From: a virus
Taxonomy: Duplodnaviria; Caudoviricetes
Virus record (IMG/VR): IMGVR_UViG_3300048670_001567
Span: 1-64,000 of that record
Length of the DNA stretch: 64,000 bases
Reading direction: 5' to 3' (one strand)
A program made the position numbers and the translations under genes. Under the pieces are notes generated by a model. The model did no database searches. It saw only the letters and a program-made list of their open reading frames with translations, and had not been told where the DNA came from. Below, one piece after another: positions 9,402 through 18,080 of the stretch (positions are counted from its first letter, which is position 1; each line of letters starts with the position of its first letter).

Positions 9402-9460
9402 AAGAGTTCTCCTTTAATTAAGCAAGATTTATCGTGAAGCCTCACCATGAGCACTTCACA
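9402..9460 (-). promoter_or_regulatory. ROSE-like RNA thermometer (dnaK)
   Basis: Hairpin GUGAAG...CUUCAC followed by a UCUUGCU/AAGGAGA SD-sequestering hairpin. Confidence 0.65.
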
Positions 9461-9464
9461 TAGA

Positions 9465-9472
9465 TATTTATA
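9465..9472 (-). promoter_or_regulatory. T4-type late promoter TATAAATA
   Basis: Exact motif; also at 4030-4037, 11822-11829, 30586-30593, 32748-32755 and 40302-40309 upstream of genes. Confidence 0.7.
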
Positions 9473-9513
9473 CCTACAACTTAGTTTAATATACTAATAT
9501 TATTCCGTCAATA

Positions 9514-9753
9514 TCAGAATAATTTTTTTGGCAACTTTTGACTTTGCAGATGCTTGCGCCATCTGGCCTTGGCTGCGCCTTTTCTGCGCTTGCGTTCGGT
9601 TGTGGGCTTTTCGAAAAATTCTCTATCGCGCAATTCTTGTAGTAGTCCAAATTCCTGGATCTTCTTTTTGAATTTACGCAGTGCCTGTTCTACATTTTCG
9701 TTTTTGACGTAAACAGTGCTGCCTTTAAATTTTGAGTTTGAATTAAATTCCAT
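9514..9753 (-). CDS. rpsU: Ribosomal protein bS21
   Basis: V.VKNENVEQALRKFKKK...REFFEKPTTERKR. Confidence 0.92.
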   Translation of the reverse strand: MEFNSNSKFKGSTVYVKNENVEQALRKFKKKIQEFGLLQELRDREFFEKPTTERKRRKGAAKARWRKHLQSQKLPKKLF

Positions 9754-10081
9754 CAGTTATTCTTTCGTTGTCATAATTCTGATAATACTCCAATGCGGTT
9801 TTTAAATTTTGATTTGCGCCAAATCGATCGAGTTTGCGATGATTCTGCAGGGTAACCCCAGTGACTTCATTATGCAGTACATGATCTGCATGGTCAATGA
9901 CCCAACTCAACCATTCCAGATGATCTATATCTTCTCGATAAAGATAGACGTCGTGTTCATATTTACTGGTTTTGAGAAATAACGCAATATTTCCCACATC
10001 TTCCAGAGTGGCGTCAATTATTACTGTTACGTGATGGCCCATTCTATCGGCGGTGTCGGGATATGTGATGATTCTGCTCAT
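9743..10081 (-). CDS. Hypothetical protein
   Basis: Overlapping, translationally coupled ORF. Confidence 0.65.
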   Translation of the reverse strand: MSRIITYPDTADRMGHHVTVIIDATLEDVGNIALFLKTSKYEHDVYLYREDIDHLEWLSWVIDHADHVLHNEVTGVTLQNHRKLDRFGANQNLKTALEYYQNYDNERITDGI

Positions 10082-11814
10082 AGTTGGCTTCTTGTAGTAT
10101 AGTCTAATTTCTTTAGTACTTCTTCCTGCTCGGCTTTGTTGAGGTCAGCGAAATCGATTTCGCCAATTCTGACTTTTTCGGCCACATACTTTATATATTC
10201 TTCTTCGTAGACATACCGATCAGTTTTATTTCTGTCGGTCTCGATCCACTTGCGTCCGTTCCATTTATAGAGTTTGTTGGGCAACATATCCACTCTCAAA
10301 TACATATCACCCTTGAGAGGATTTGTTGGGAATTGTGTGCCAAATCCTGCATTGGTGGCTCGCTCTCGGTCTAAATTGTCGGCATCATCATCAGTCAGAG
10401 CAAATACACTGGACTTCTTAAACCTGTCAATCTCTGCTTCTTTTTCCTGAATCACCAGTATGGCACTGGCCAGATCTTTTTCTGTGTTTTCCAACTGCGC
10501 CTGTAACTCAGTGTTTTTTTGTTGAATTACAGAGTTTTCTTCTGTGAGCTCCTCGGCCTTTTGTACCAGCTGCACAAACTCTTCTGATACTGTATGGGGT
10601 TCTGTCAGGACAGTGTTGGGTTCATCATCTTGGGCAATGAATTCTTCAATCCATGACAGGTCTGTTTCTGCAGCAGGTTCTTCTGGAACCTCGCTGTCAG
10701 TGACTTCGGGCTGGGGTTGTGTAATAATTTCTGGTTGATAAACCACTTGCTGGGCTCCAGGCGGAAACCAGGACCACTTGCGATCCAGATAGGTTTCCAC
10801 TGGAACATCTGGAACAACATCACGAACATTCATTTCTTCCACAATGAATTCGTCCCGGACTGCTGAACCGATTTCCGTTGTGCTGTTTGCTGAATCCAGT
10901 GCTGCCAGTTCTTGTTCAGTCCAGGGCTCAACTTCATCGTCGTTGGGCGCATGAATATTCATGGCTGCAACATCATCCGCTGACGGCTGATGATCAGATA
11001 CGTCTTCAGTATCAGCTGGCTTCTGGTCTGATTCCAGTTGTTTTCGTCGTTCCTCCCGGGCCCAGGTAAATGTCTGTTCAGCCGCCAAGATCAACACCAG
11101 AGCCAGTGGGTCAAACACTGTGACCAACAACACAATTACCCATCGCACTGCCTTCTCCAGAACATTGGCGTCGGGATTGTCGCCGTAAATAAACGCCGCA
11201 ATATATTTTATGGGCCCAACTTCGGCTTCAACTTTACGCACATCCGCGGCCAGTGGGGCGCGTTGTTCGTTAAGTTTACTGATTGTTCGTTGTTCGGTAT
11301 CAATTTCAGATATCAATCTGGCACGTTCTTTCTGTTGCCCTCTGCGTATTCGAACTGCTTTGTCGGCACCCTGTTCATCAGAACTTCGGCCCATGGTCTG
11401 TTCCACTGCCTCGTCCATTTGCCGGAGTGCTCGGCGATTGGCCTCGATGTTTTCTCTGGCAGTTTTAATTTTCTCGTCGTATATGGCAACCTTGGCCGCT
11501 GCGTCACCGGTGACCAGACCCTGATCAGTGTGTGCTTTGCTCAAAAATCCAAATATACCCATGCTGGTGATGGTCATCAGCACCACAATGGCAGGCACCA
11601 GATACAGCTTAAACTGCAGACTCATGCGTGGCCAATACTTGTGCAACCAGACTGTGGTGGCCACCTTGCCAATTTCCAGAGCCGAACCCATGATCACAAT
11701 GGGCCAGAATGCAGTGGCAGCAGCAAAAATTGCTGTCAAACCAGCAATACTGTAAAATGCAGCCACTGAACTAATTGTCAGCGCCACTAATAGTAAAAGG
11801 TAGCCGAATAGCAT
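10078..11814 (-). CDS. Membrane protein with N-terminal TM helices, coiled coils and an acidic linker
   Basis: 3-4 TM segments, heptad repeats; TATAAATA upstream. Confidence 0.75.
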   Translation of the reverse strand: MLFGYLLLLVALTISSVAAFYSIAGLTAIFAAATAFWPIVIMGSALEIGKVATTVWLHKYWPRMSLQFKLYLVPAIVVLMTITSMGIFGFLSKAHTDQGLVTGDAAAKVAIYDEKIKTARENIEANRRALRQMDEAVEQTMGRSSDEQGADKAVRIRRGQQKERARLISEIDTEQRTISKLNEQRAPLAADVRKVEAEVGPIKYIAAFIYGDNPDANVLEKAVRWVIVLLVTVFDPLALVLILAAEQTFTWAREERRKQLESDQKPADTEDVSDHQPSADDVAAMNIHAPNDDEVEPWTEQELAALDSANSTTEIGSAVRDEFIVEEMNVRDVVPDVPVETYLDRKWSWFPPGAQQVVYQPEIITQPQPEVTDSEVPEEPAAETDLSWIEEFIAQDDEPNTVLTEPHTVSEEFVQLVQKAEELTEENSVIQQKNTELQAQLENTEKDLASAILVIQEKEAEIDRFKKSSVFALTDDDADNLDRERATNAGFGTQFPTNPLKGDMYLRVDMLPNKLYKWNGRKWIETDRNKTDRYVYEEEYIKYVAEKVRIGEIDFADLNKAEQEEVLKKLDYTTRSQL

Positions 11815-11913
11815 AGCTATATATTTATAGGTTTATCAAGTATATATTAGCGAAACGAGACTTGTATTGTCAACTAAAGTTGAGCAAATACATATCTAAA
11901 AAATCCCAAATTG

Positions 11914-13128
11914 TTAAATTTTTATTCCGATGAAAATGTGATCCACTCTGCTTGATGTCCAGGTGTTGCCGTTGGTGGAACCGTATCCTGCATTCAATAC
12001 TGATCGAACTGCAGAGTTTAGAGAACTGGCATCCCACACTGTTAGCACAACAACATTACCGATTGCCACGCTGTTTAGTGCATTTGCAAGTGCTGTCACT
12101 GCACCAGCATTGCCATACGTGTCATAAGTGGTGATACTGATGGTATCACCATATGGATTCAATATTGCCAGAGTGTGCCCACGACTTCCTGCATTGTATA
12201 TTTCAATGTCGTTGACTTTGATTACTGCATTTTGGTAAGACGGGACGTCGAAAGTTGAAGAATAAACGTAAATTTTATTGCCGCTGACATTGTATTGTGT
12301 GGTTTCTATTGCACTTGTAGTATTAAATGCTTCGTAGAATGTAAATGCCGCCACTGATGGAATCCAGGGACGCCCCGGAGTAAGAAGATTGCCATCAGAT
12401 ATATTATCTATTATGACATTGCCATCAAATTGTGTGGGTAGCAGACTGATATCATATGTGGCCCTGGGGTTACCATCACTCTCGCGTTTGGCAGCAGCCA
12501 AATTTAACTTGGCTTTTTGTCGGGCTTCTTTGTCTGCTAGGCCGCCTGTAGCCGGTGTTATGGTCCACTGTGTTGTGGTTGTTTTATCAACTCTCACCCA
12601 AGTGGCTCCATCATAGATGCGCCAGTCTTGTTCGCCATATGCTGGAAAAGCTCCACTTGTTCCAGCAGTCATTGTATCGTAAGCATCTCCCAAGGTACCA
12701 ACACCATCAGTCAGTGTGGGAGTGTTAGTAAAAGCGTTCCATGTGCCTTTGTATGTTGCAGCAGTTATTATAGTGTTAGACAATGAACCACAAACTGCCG
12801 CGGCTTTGGCCATGTAATTGTCTATTGTGGTATTACCCTTTATAATGCCAATGCTGGTTCCGTATTCATCATACAAGAAGTTGCCTGCTGTTACTGCATA
12901 ATCACCTGTTTGATGACTGGTCAATGTGACAGCAGATCCTATTCCCAACGATGTTACATACAGCTTGTATGAGACATCATTTGTTGCTCCCAAAGCGCCT
13001 GAGTAATTTAAACTCCAAATAGCTGAGTAAGGAGGAACAATCTCAGTATTAGAATGTGGTGGATTGACATTTTTTGTGAGAGTGGTCCCACTTGCTATCG
13101 TCAGTGTTGATATCCCGTTTGCGGCCAT
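11914..13128 (-). CDS. Putative virion or fibre protein with C-terminal ILEI/GG-type lectin-like domain
   Basis: Thr/Gly-rich; RGHTLAIL...TYDTYG...VVVLTVWDAS. Confidence 0.55.
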   Translation of the reverse strand: MAANGISTLTIASGTTLTKNVNPPHSNTEIVPPYSAIWSLNYSGALGATNDVSYKLYVTSLGIGSAVTLTSHQTGDYAVTAGNFLYDEYGTSIGIIKGNTTIDNYMAKAAAVCGSLSNTIITAATYKGTWNAFTNTPTLTDGVGTLGDAYDTMTAGTSGAFPAYGEQDWRIYDGATWVRVDKTTTTQWTITPATGGLADKEARQKAKLNLAAAKRESDGNPRATYDISLLPTQFDGNVIIDNISDGNLLTPGRPWIPSVAAFTFYEAFNTTSAIETTQYNVSGNKIYVYSSTFDVPSYQNAVIKVNDIEIYNAGSRGHTLAILNPYGDTISITTYDTYGNAGAVTALANALNSVAIGNVVVLTVWDASSLNSAVRSVLNAGYGSTNGNTWTSSRVDHIFIGIKI

Positions 13129-13155
13129 TTTTATATCCCCTGACAAGTATTTAAC

Positions 13156-13176
13156 AAAAAACCCGCCGAAGCGGGT
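13156..13176 (-). terminator. Intrinsic terminator with UUCG loop
   Basis: ACCCGC-TTCG-GCGGGT followed by a T-tract. Confidence 0.8.
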
Positions 13177-13183
13177 CTGATGT

Positions 13184-13474
13184 TTAGTCGTCAATCTTCA
13201 ACACATTCAGCAAGTAATGTTCAGTGATTCGTTCCTGAATCATCTGCGGGATGCTCAGATAGGGCCACTCTACTTCAAACGGACAAGTGGCAGAAGTCCA
13301 GGTGCCATGGACAACAAAGTGTCGATATTCTTTGAGATCTGACAGATTGCTGGGATCAAATGCTCGCTTGGTCTGACGATTGATCATGCTGGTTCGGGGT
13401 AGAATACGCTTGTTTTGGCTCATAAACTGCATGGTTAACTCCTGTATTAAAGTAATCTTAGGTGTGTTCAACAA
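13184..13474 (-). CDS. Hypothetical protein (true start probably ~13432)
   Basis: ORF in operon. Confidence 0.6.
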   Translation of the reverse strand: MLNTPKITLIQELTMQFMSQNKRILPRTSMINRQTKRAFDPSNLSDLKEYRHFVVHGTWTSATCPFEVEWPYLSIPQMIQERITEHYLLNVLKIDD

Positions 13475-13769
13475 ATTTGATGCCGGCCTGACGGATCACA
13501 CGCTCACAGACCGGACAAGGTTTGGCATTGGCAGGCTCACCATTCTTGGTAAATCTGGTGATGACAATTCGATGTGCTCGACTCCAGTCTTTGATCCTGA
13601 CCAATGCGTCAATTTCTGCGTGTAGGTAAATTTTGTGTTCCAGCCCCACTGCCTTGGCTGCTTGTGCCTGCAGGGGATGTGTCTTGTGATAGCTGTTTCG
13701 TCCCACGCTGAGAATACGACCACGACGGTCGTAGACCAGTGCTGTGATGGCCTGTTTCTGGGTGGTCAT
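13458..13769 (-). CDS. Cytidine/dCMP deaminase-fold zinc protein
   Basis: HAE...PCPVC. Confidence 0.85.
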   Translation of the reverse strand: MTTQKQAITALVYDRRGRILSVGRNSYHKTHPLQAQAAKAVGLEHKIYLHAEIDALVRIKDWSRAHRIVITRFTKNGEPANAKPCPVCERVIRQAGIKFVEHT

Positions 13770-13897
13770 TTATTTTTGGTAGTGGAACGACCAGTGACCA
13801 GATCCATAGTAATAAATGCAATCAACATGATCAAGATCACCGGAATTGACAACAGCAGCAATACTCCCTCAAACATTTCTGTCAGAAATTTACGCAT
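13766..13897 (-). CDS. 43-aa single-TM protein (not in the ORF track)
   Basis: MRKFLTEMFEGVLLLLSIPVILIMLIAFITMDL...; fills the gap with overlapping stop/start codons. Confidence 0.55.
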   Translation of the reverse strand: MRKFLTEMFEGVLLLLSIPVILIMLIAFITMDLVTGRSTTKNK

Positions 13898-14120
13898 TAT
13901 TCAACTCCAGTTGGGCTTGCCATTGTTCATACTCGTGTGCGGTCATATACTCCTGTAACACACGGTCCAGGGCTTGCAGTAGGTCTTGATCAGGATCGAT
14001 GACATCGTCACTGCAATCTATCTTGTTGGGCACGTTGCAGAGATTGTAGTAGTCTTTAAGTTCCTCTACCACAATATCTTCAATTACATCAACATCAAGT
14101 TCAATAGACTTTTTTATCAT
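13890..14120 (-). CDS. Hypothetical acidic protein
   Basis: Start lies within the GGAGTTGAAGAATGA repeat. Confidence 0.65.
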   Translation of the reverse strand: MIKKSIELDVDVIEDIVVEELKDYYNLCNVPNKIDCSDDVIDPDQDLLQALDRVLQEYMTAHEYEQWQAQLELNNA

Positions 14121-14138
14121 TCTTCAACTCCGAAATGT

Positions 14139-14318
14139 TCAAAATTCGCAAAGATAGGGTGCTTGTTCTACAGCTTCAGCAGATGACTTAAATCCATTGC
14201 CGACAATGACCCAATCTTCACTATCTTCTGAGTCACGCATTTGTACTTGCCAAAGTTTATCAATGTAAGCCACTCGCACAAGAGGAACACCAGCAAACTC
14301 AATGATTTTTTGTTTCAT
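14139..14318 (-). CDS. 59-aa hypothetical protein (MKQKIIEFAG...; not in the ORF track)
   Basis: ATGA overlap with the upstream gene; GGAG RBS supplied by the repeat. Confidence 0.6.
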   Translation of the reverse strand: MKQKIIEFAGVPLVRVAYIDKLWQVQMRDSEDSEDWVIVGNGFKSSAEAVEQAPYLCEF

Positions 14319-14545
14319 TCTTCAACTCCGAAATGTTCTTGTAAATCTCGTCTAATAAACTTCACGGCATTGTCCCAAATATCATTACTACCACCTCGTT
14401 CAGCATCGTCTACAATGCCTAAACATTCCGCCACAATCAACTCGGCGAACTTTGCAGGATTACAACCAGCAGGTGTAATAAACCCAGTCTTGTCAGTATA
14501 ATAAAATCCAGCCTGTTCAGCAAGTTCTCGAATTCGTTCGTTCAC
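14315..14545 (-). CDS. Small phage protein, MNERIRELA...KFAELIV.EC...HFGVEE family
   Basis: Paralog of 14718..14924. Confidence 0.75.
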   Translation of the reverse strand: MNERIRELAEQAGFYYTDKTGFITPAGCNPAKFAELIVAECLGIVDDAERGGSNDIWDNAVKFIRRDLQEHFGVEE

Positions 14546-14721
14546 AATTTATCCTTGGGAATCTGGTTATAGGGCATATTGTGTTTGAAACTTTCTTCTA
14601 TAATATGGGCCAAGTCATCTTCAAATTTTTTGTATCCGGGACTTGCCTTTAGTCGTTGCCAGAATGGATTATTGAGATCATCGCTGAACACTTCCTTGAT
14701 ACTGGTCTTATATGCTTTCAT
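14542..14721 (-). CDS. 59-aa hypothetical protein (MKAYKTSIKE...; not in the ORF track)
   Basis: Overlapping start/stop codons on both sides. Confidence 0.6.
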   Translation of the reverse strand: MKAYKTSIKEVFSDDLNNPFWQRLKASPGYKKFEDDLAHIIEESFKHNMPYNQIPKDKL

Positions 14722-14924
14722 TTTTCTTCAACTCCGAAATGTTTTAACATTGCTCTATGGTCTTGTTCATCGGAAAAGGCATAATCGGCACATTCCCTGA
14801 CAATCAACTGCACAAACTCAGGCAGGTCTGCAACAGCGACCCATTTGCCGCTGCTGTCTGTGGCCACTTGCGCAACCAATTCATCAACAATCTTATTCAT
14901 TACTGGCCTCACAAGATATCTCAC
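14718..14924 (-). CDS. Small phage protein, HFGVEE family
   Basis: EFVQLIVRECA...KHFGVEE; TTGACT-N17-AATAAT promoter at 14933-14961. Confidence 0.7.
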   Translation of the reverse strand: MRYLVRPVMNKIVDELVAQVATDSSGKWVAVADLPEFVQLIVRECADYAFSDEQDHRAMLKHFGVEEK

Positions 14925-14967
14925 AAAGCAGTATTATTGCACATTACGGGAGGTCAGTCAACCCTAA

Positions 14968-15990
14968 TCAGGCAATGGCGTTCAACAATGATCCCACCAT
15001 CTCGTTCTGAACCTTCAACACCAGACTGGCGGCTTCATAAACTTTCTGATATTGTTGCAATTTAATGGTTTCATCCACAAAGTTGACACCATACGCCTGC
15101 TGTGCCTGAATCTTCAGCTGATCCACAGTGCTGTTTTCATTCTGGAGTTGGCCGTCAACGCCTGCTGCCTGAGCCCCCACTGACACTTGCATCACAGCAA
15201 AATTCTCCACAAATTCGCCGCCATCAGTCTGAGCCAAAGCCGTAACATCGCCAGCTGGCTTGTAATTCCAGCGACCATTGGTGTCAATCAGATCTTTTCC
15301 GTAACTGTTGTTGATGTTATCGGTGACTTTTTGTCGGGCATCAAAAAATTGTCCCAAAATGGGCGGAATAATGCTACTCATCAGCTTGTTATAACCGCTG
15401 ATGCTGCCGGTCAACATCTGTGCGCGTGATTGCAAGGCAGAAATCTGATTGGCCACCTCATCGCTCATGGGCTGAGATGCCAAACGGGTCAGATCAGCCT
15501 GCACACTTTGCAATTCAATATTGTGGAGGTCCAGACGTTGTTTGATACCCCGTTGAATTTGACCAAATTGCACGGTCAGATTGTTCATACTTTCGGTCAG
15601 TGTGCGGCCTTTGATGTCGAAATCTTTCTGACGAACTGGATTGTCGGGGGTTACCATCAACTCCCGAGTGGAATTCATAAAATTATCATAAGCAGCAGTG
15701 ACACCACTGTTGCTGATGGCTGCATCAATCTGATCCAGCCCTTCTTTTAACGCAGTTGATTCGGCAGATGATTGCTGTGCACGATTCAATTCGGACTCCA
15801 GATATTGGTCCTGTTTCTGACGAATTTCTGTACGCACTCCGGAATTGGAACCCAGTTCATAATTGGTTTCTTCCAGACGATGATAACCGGGGGTATCCGC
15901 ATTGGCAATATTTTTGCTGGTCATGGCCGCCACACGATCGACCATCAGTAGTGCGGATACCGCGGCATTAGTTGCAGATGAAATTGACAT
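14968..15990 (-). CDS. flgK: Flagellar hook-associated protein FlgK-like (compact, 340 aa)
   Basis: N-terminal NIANADTPGYHR; C-terminal GVNFVDE..KLQQYQKVYEAAS.VL axial-protein motifs. Confidence 0.8.
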   Translation of the reverse strand: MSISSATNAAVSALLMVDRVAAMTSKNIANADTPGYHRLEETNYELGSNSGVRTEIRQKQDQYLESELNRAQQSSAESTALKEGLDQIDAAISNSGVTAAYDNFMNSTRELMVTPDNPVRQKDFDIKGRTLTESMNNLTVQFGQIQRGIKQRLDLHNIELQSVQADLTRLASQPMSDEVANQISALQSRAQMLTGSISGYNKLMSSIIPPILGQFFDARQKVTDNINNSYGKDLIDTNGRWNYKPAGDVTALAQTDGGEFVENFAVMQVSVGAQAAGVDGQLQNENSTVDQLKIQAQQAYGVNFVDETIKLQQYQKVYEAASLVLKVQNEMVGSLLNAIA

Positions 15991-16016
15991 AGTGAATACC
16001 CCCTGTTATTAAGTCA

Positions 16017-16838
16017 TTAACGCAACAAGCCTAGTGCATATGCTGGGAATTGGTTGACAATGCCCATTACTTGCACAGACAATTGTTGCTTGGCTTGCAA
16101 CTGTTGCAACTTACTGGTTTCAGCAGCAATGTCAGTATCTTCAATACGTGAAATTGATGCTTCCAGGTTCAACTGGACTGATTTGGCATTTTCCATCTGG
16201 ACCTTCATGGCATTTTGCTGTGCACCAACAATGGCTTGGTTACCAGCAACTGTTCCCACAGCAGTGCCAATGGCTGTCAATGCTGCCTTGGCCTTGGTGG
16301 AATCTGTCAGGTCAATGGTGGCGTCATCAACAGCCAGTGTTGCGGCATCGCTCTTGACTGCGGTCAGGGTGGTGGTCTGACCCGAAGCAATACCACTCTG
16401 AATAACCACATCAGCACCAGTGGCGCCAGTCAGATTCTTACCAAAAATTGTGGCCTTGTTAACTGCGTCGTCCAACTGGGTCTGAAGTTCCTGGAAGGTC
16501 TTCTGCAGTGCGGTGCGCTGATCTGCAGTCAACAAATCTGAACTGGCTTGTGTGGCCAGCTGCTTCATTTGCGTAAGAATACCTTGTTGATTTTGTAAAC
16601 TACTGGCACCCACTTCCAGCATACTCAGACCCGAACTCAGGTTGGAGTTTACTGAATTGTATGATGCGTAGTCAGACTTCAGAGTGGACAAAATACCCAC
16701 AGCAGCAGGATCATCAGCAGCACTGGTAATACGCTTACCGGTGGCAATGCGCTGTGATGATTGCTGAATATCCAGCGTAAGTCGGTTAAGCTGGTTGGCT
16801 AGCTGGCTGGCTAGTGGGTTTGAATTGATTGAAAGCAC
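16017..16838 (-). CDS. fliC: Flagellin, minimal D0-D1 type (273 aa)
   Basis: SINSN, RIATGKRITSAADDPA, MKQLATQAS, SRIEDTDIAAETS, ALGLLR; AGGAG RBS with GTG start. Confidence 0.92.
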   Translation of the reverse strand: MLSINSNPLASQLANQLNRLTLDIQQSSQRIATGKRITSAADDPAAVGILSTLKSDYASYNSVNSNLSSGLSMLEVGASSLQNQQGILTQMKQLATQASSDLLTADQRTALQKTFQELQTQLDDAVNKATIFGKNLTGATGADVVIQSGIASGQTTTLTAVKSDAATLAVDDATIDLTDSTKAKAALTAIGTAVGTVAGNQAIVGAQQNAMKVQMENAKSVQLNLEASISRIEDTDIAAETSKLQQLQAKQQLSVQVMGIVNQFPAYALGLLR

Positions 16839-17175
16839 GGTTAGTCTCCTTTAGGTTAGTGAGTATAAATTGTACCGCACCGATAGCAGGTTCAAAATTC
16901 ACTGTTTGACCAGATAAAGCACTAACAATATCGCGACTGATACCTGAGAAAATGGACAGATAAATCTGTTGCTCCACTGCAGGAATTGAATTGTCCATGT
17001 GTACCACAAACAATTCACAGATCTGTGCTGCTTTGTTTAGTTCCTCTACTCGGAGCACCTTCTTGATCGAAGTGTCTCGCCAAAGAACCATACAACGCAC
17101 TAGCTTTTCAAGAAACTGAATGTTCTGAGACTTGGAGTCCAGTGCGGCAACCATTTGATATTGTTCAATACCCAA
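16786..17175 (-). CDS. Putative FliS-like flagellin chaperone
   Basis: 129-aa helical protein; GIEQYQMV and LNKAAQICELFVVHMD echo FliS motifs; overlaps the flagellin start. Confidence 0.45.
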   Translation of the reverse strand: MGIEQYQMVAALDSKSQNIQFLEKLVRCMVLWRDTSIKKVLRVEELNKAAQICELFVVHMDNSIPAVEQQIYLSIFSGISRDIVSALSGQTVNFEPAIGAVQFILTNLKETNRAFNQFKPTSQPASQPA

Positions 17176-17374
17176 TTTTGACCTCTTCGGTTATTTTAGA
17201 CTCTTGCGACAGAGTCAAGGAAAGTTGCCACACTTTAGCCTTCGTTAATATTTAGCTCAGACAAATAAAAACGCAAATTTTTTTTTGCGTTACTGATGTT
17301 TTGTATCAGTAGAACTATATTAACACCAAACAGATACCAAGTCAACAGGTATTTGGTTTGATTTTTGTCTACAA

Positions 17375-17650
17375 TTGTGTTACACTGTATCTATGTTTGA
17401 TATTTCACAAAAAAATCGATCCTGGGTCATGCGGTTACATAACCTCAATGATGATGAGTTTTGGTCGCAGATCCAACCCGGCGCCATAAATAACATTATT
17501 GAACGTTTGGAAAATGAACTGCGTGACGTGCCTGAAGCAAAGCGCATGAGTTACGACAGCTGGTACTGGAGAGATCAAGAGGCAATGCAAAAGTTTATGA
17601 CTTATTGGCATTTGAAATACTCAACAGGTTCATATGGCTCAGACCTTTGA
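17375..17650 (+). CDS. Hypothetical protein
   Basis: Divergent ORF coupled to def. Confidence 0.6.
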   Translation: MCYTVSMFDISQKNRSWVMRLHNLNDDEFWSQIQPGAINNIIERLENELRDVPEAKRMSYDSWYWRDQEAMQKFMTYWHLKYSTGSYGSDL

Positions 17651-18080
17651 GTTCACCCATCAATTATTATTCCAGGTGGCCGAGCCTGCCACTTTTGACA
17701 ATCCCGAACAAAACCTAATACTAGCCAGAAAATTATTGACCTGTGTGAACCAATATCAGGCACAGGGCATATCTGCACCTGAAGTTGGTGTCAACTGTCG
17801 ACTATTCGTAATCAAGGTTGGCGCTTTGCCCTGCTTTTGCTTTAATCCCGAAATCATAGAAATCAGTCCTGAAAACATTGAGCAGTCAGAAACCTGCTTG
17901 AGTTTTCCTGGGGAAACTGTGACAACACGTCGCTCACGCCATGTAGTGGCCAGATTCCAAAACTATCGGGGACAATGGGTTGAAGCCAGATTCCACGGCG
18001 CGGCCAGTGTGCGCTTTCAGCATGAACTAGACCATTTGCAGGGTCTAGTCATGCATGACAGAGCTGTGGATTTAGTGTAA
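17634..18080 (+). CDS. def: Peptide deformylase
   Basis: GISAPEVG, ETCLS, QHELDHLQG; motifs 1 and 2 are slightly divergent. Confidence 0.88.
   Translation: MAQTFEFTHQLLFQVAEPATFDNPEQNLILARKLLTCVNQYQAQGISAPEVGVNCRLFVIKVGALPCFCFNPEIIEISPENIEQSETCLSFPGETVTTRRSRHVVARFQNYRGQWVEARFHGAASVRFQHELDHLQGLVMHDRAVDLV

Larger units (their letters stand above)
14117..14743. repeat. Three copies of a 20-24 bp junction repeat TCATTCTTCAACTCCGAAATGTT
   Basis: Copies at 14117-14140, 14315-14338 and 14724-14743. Confidence 0.9.

Noticed and set aside
14117-14743. Repeats as a CRISPR array
   Set aside because: Spacing is about 200-400 bp, irregular and protein-coding; no cas genes
17180-17245. c-di-GMP-I riboswitch upstream of the flagellar genes
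   Set aside because: Only fragments resemble it; the GNRA/receptor two-stem architecture could not be built by eye
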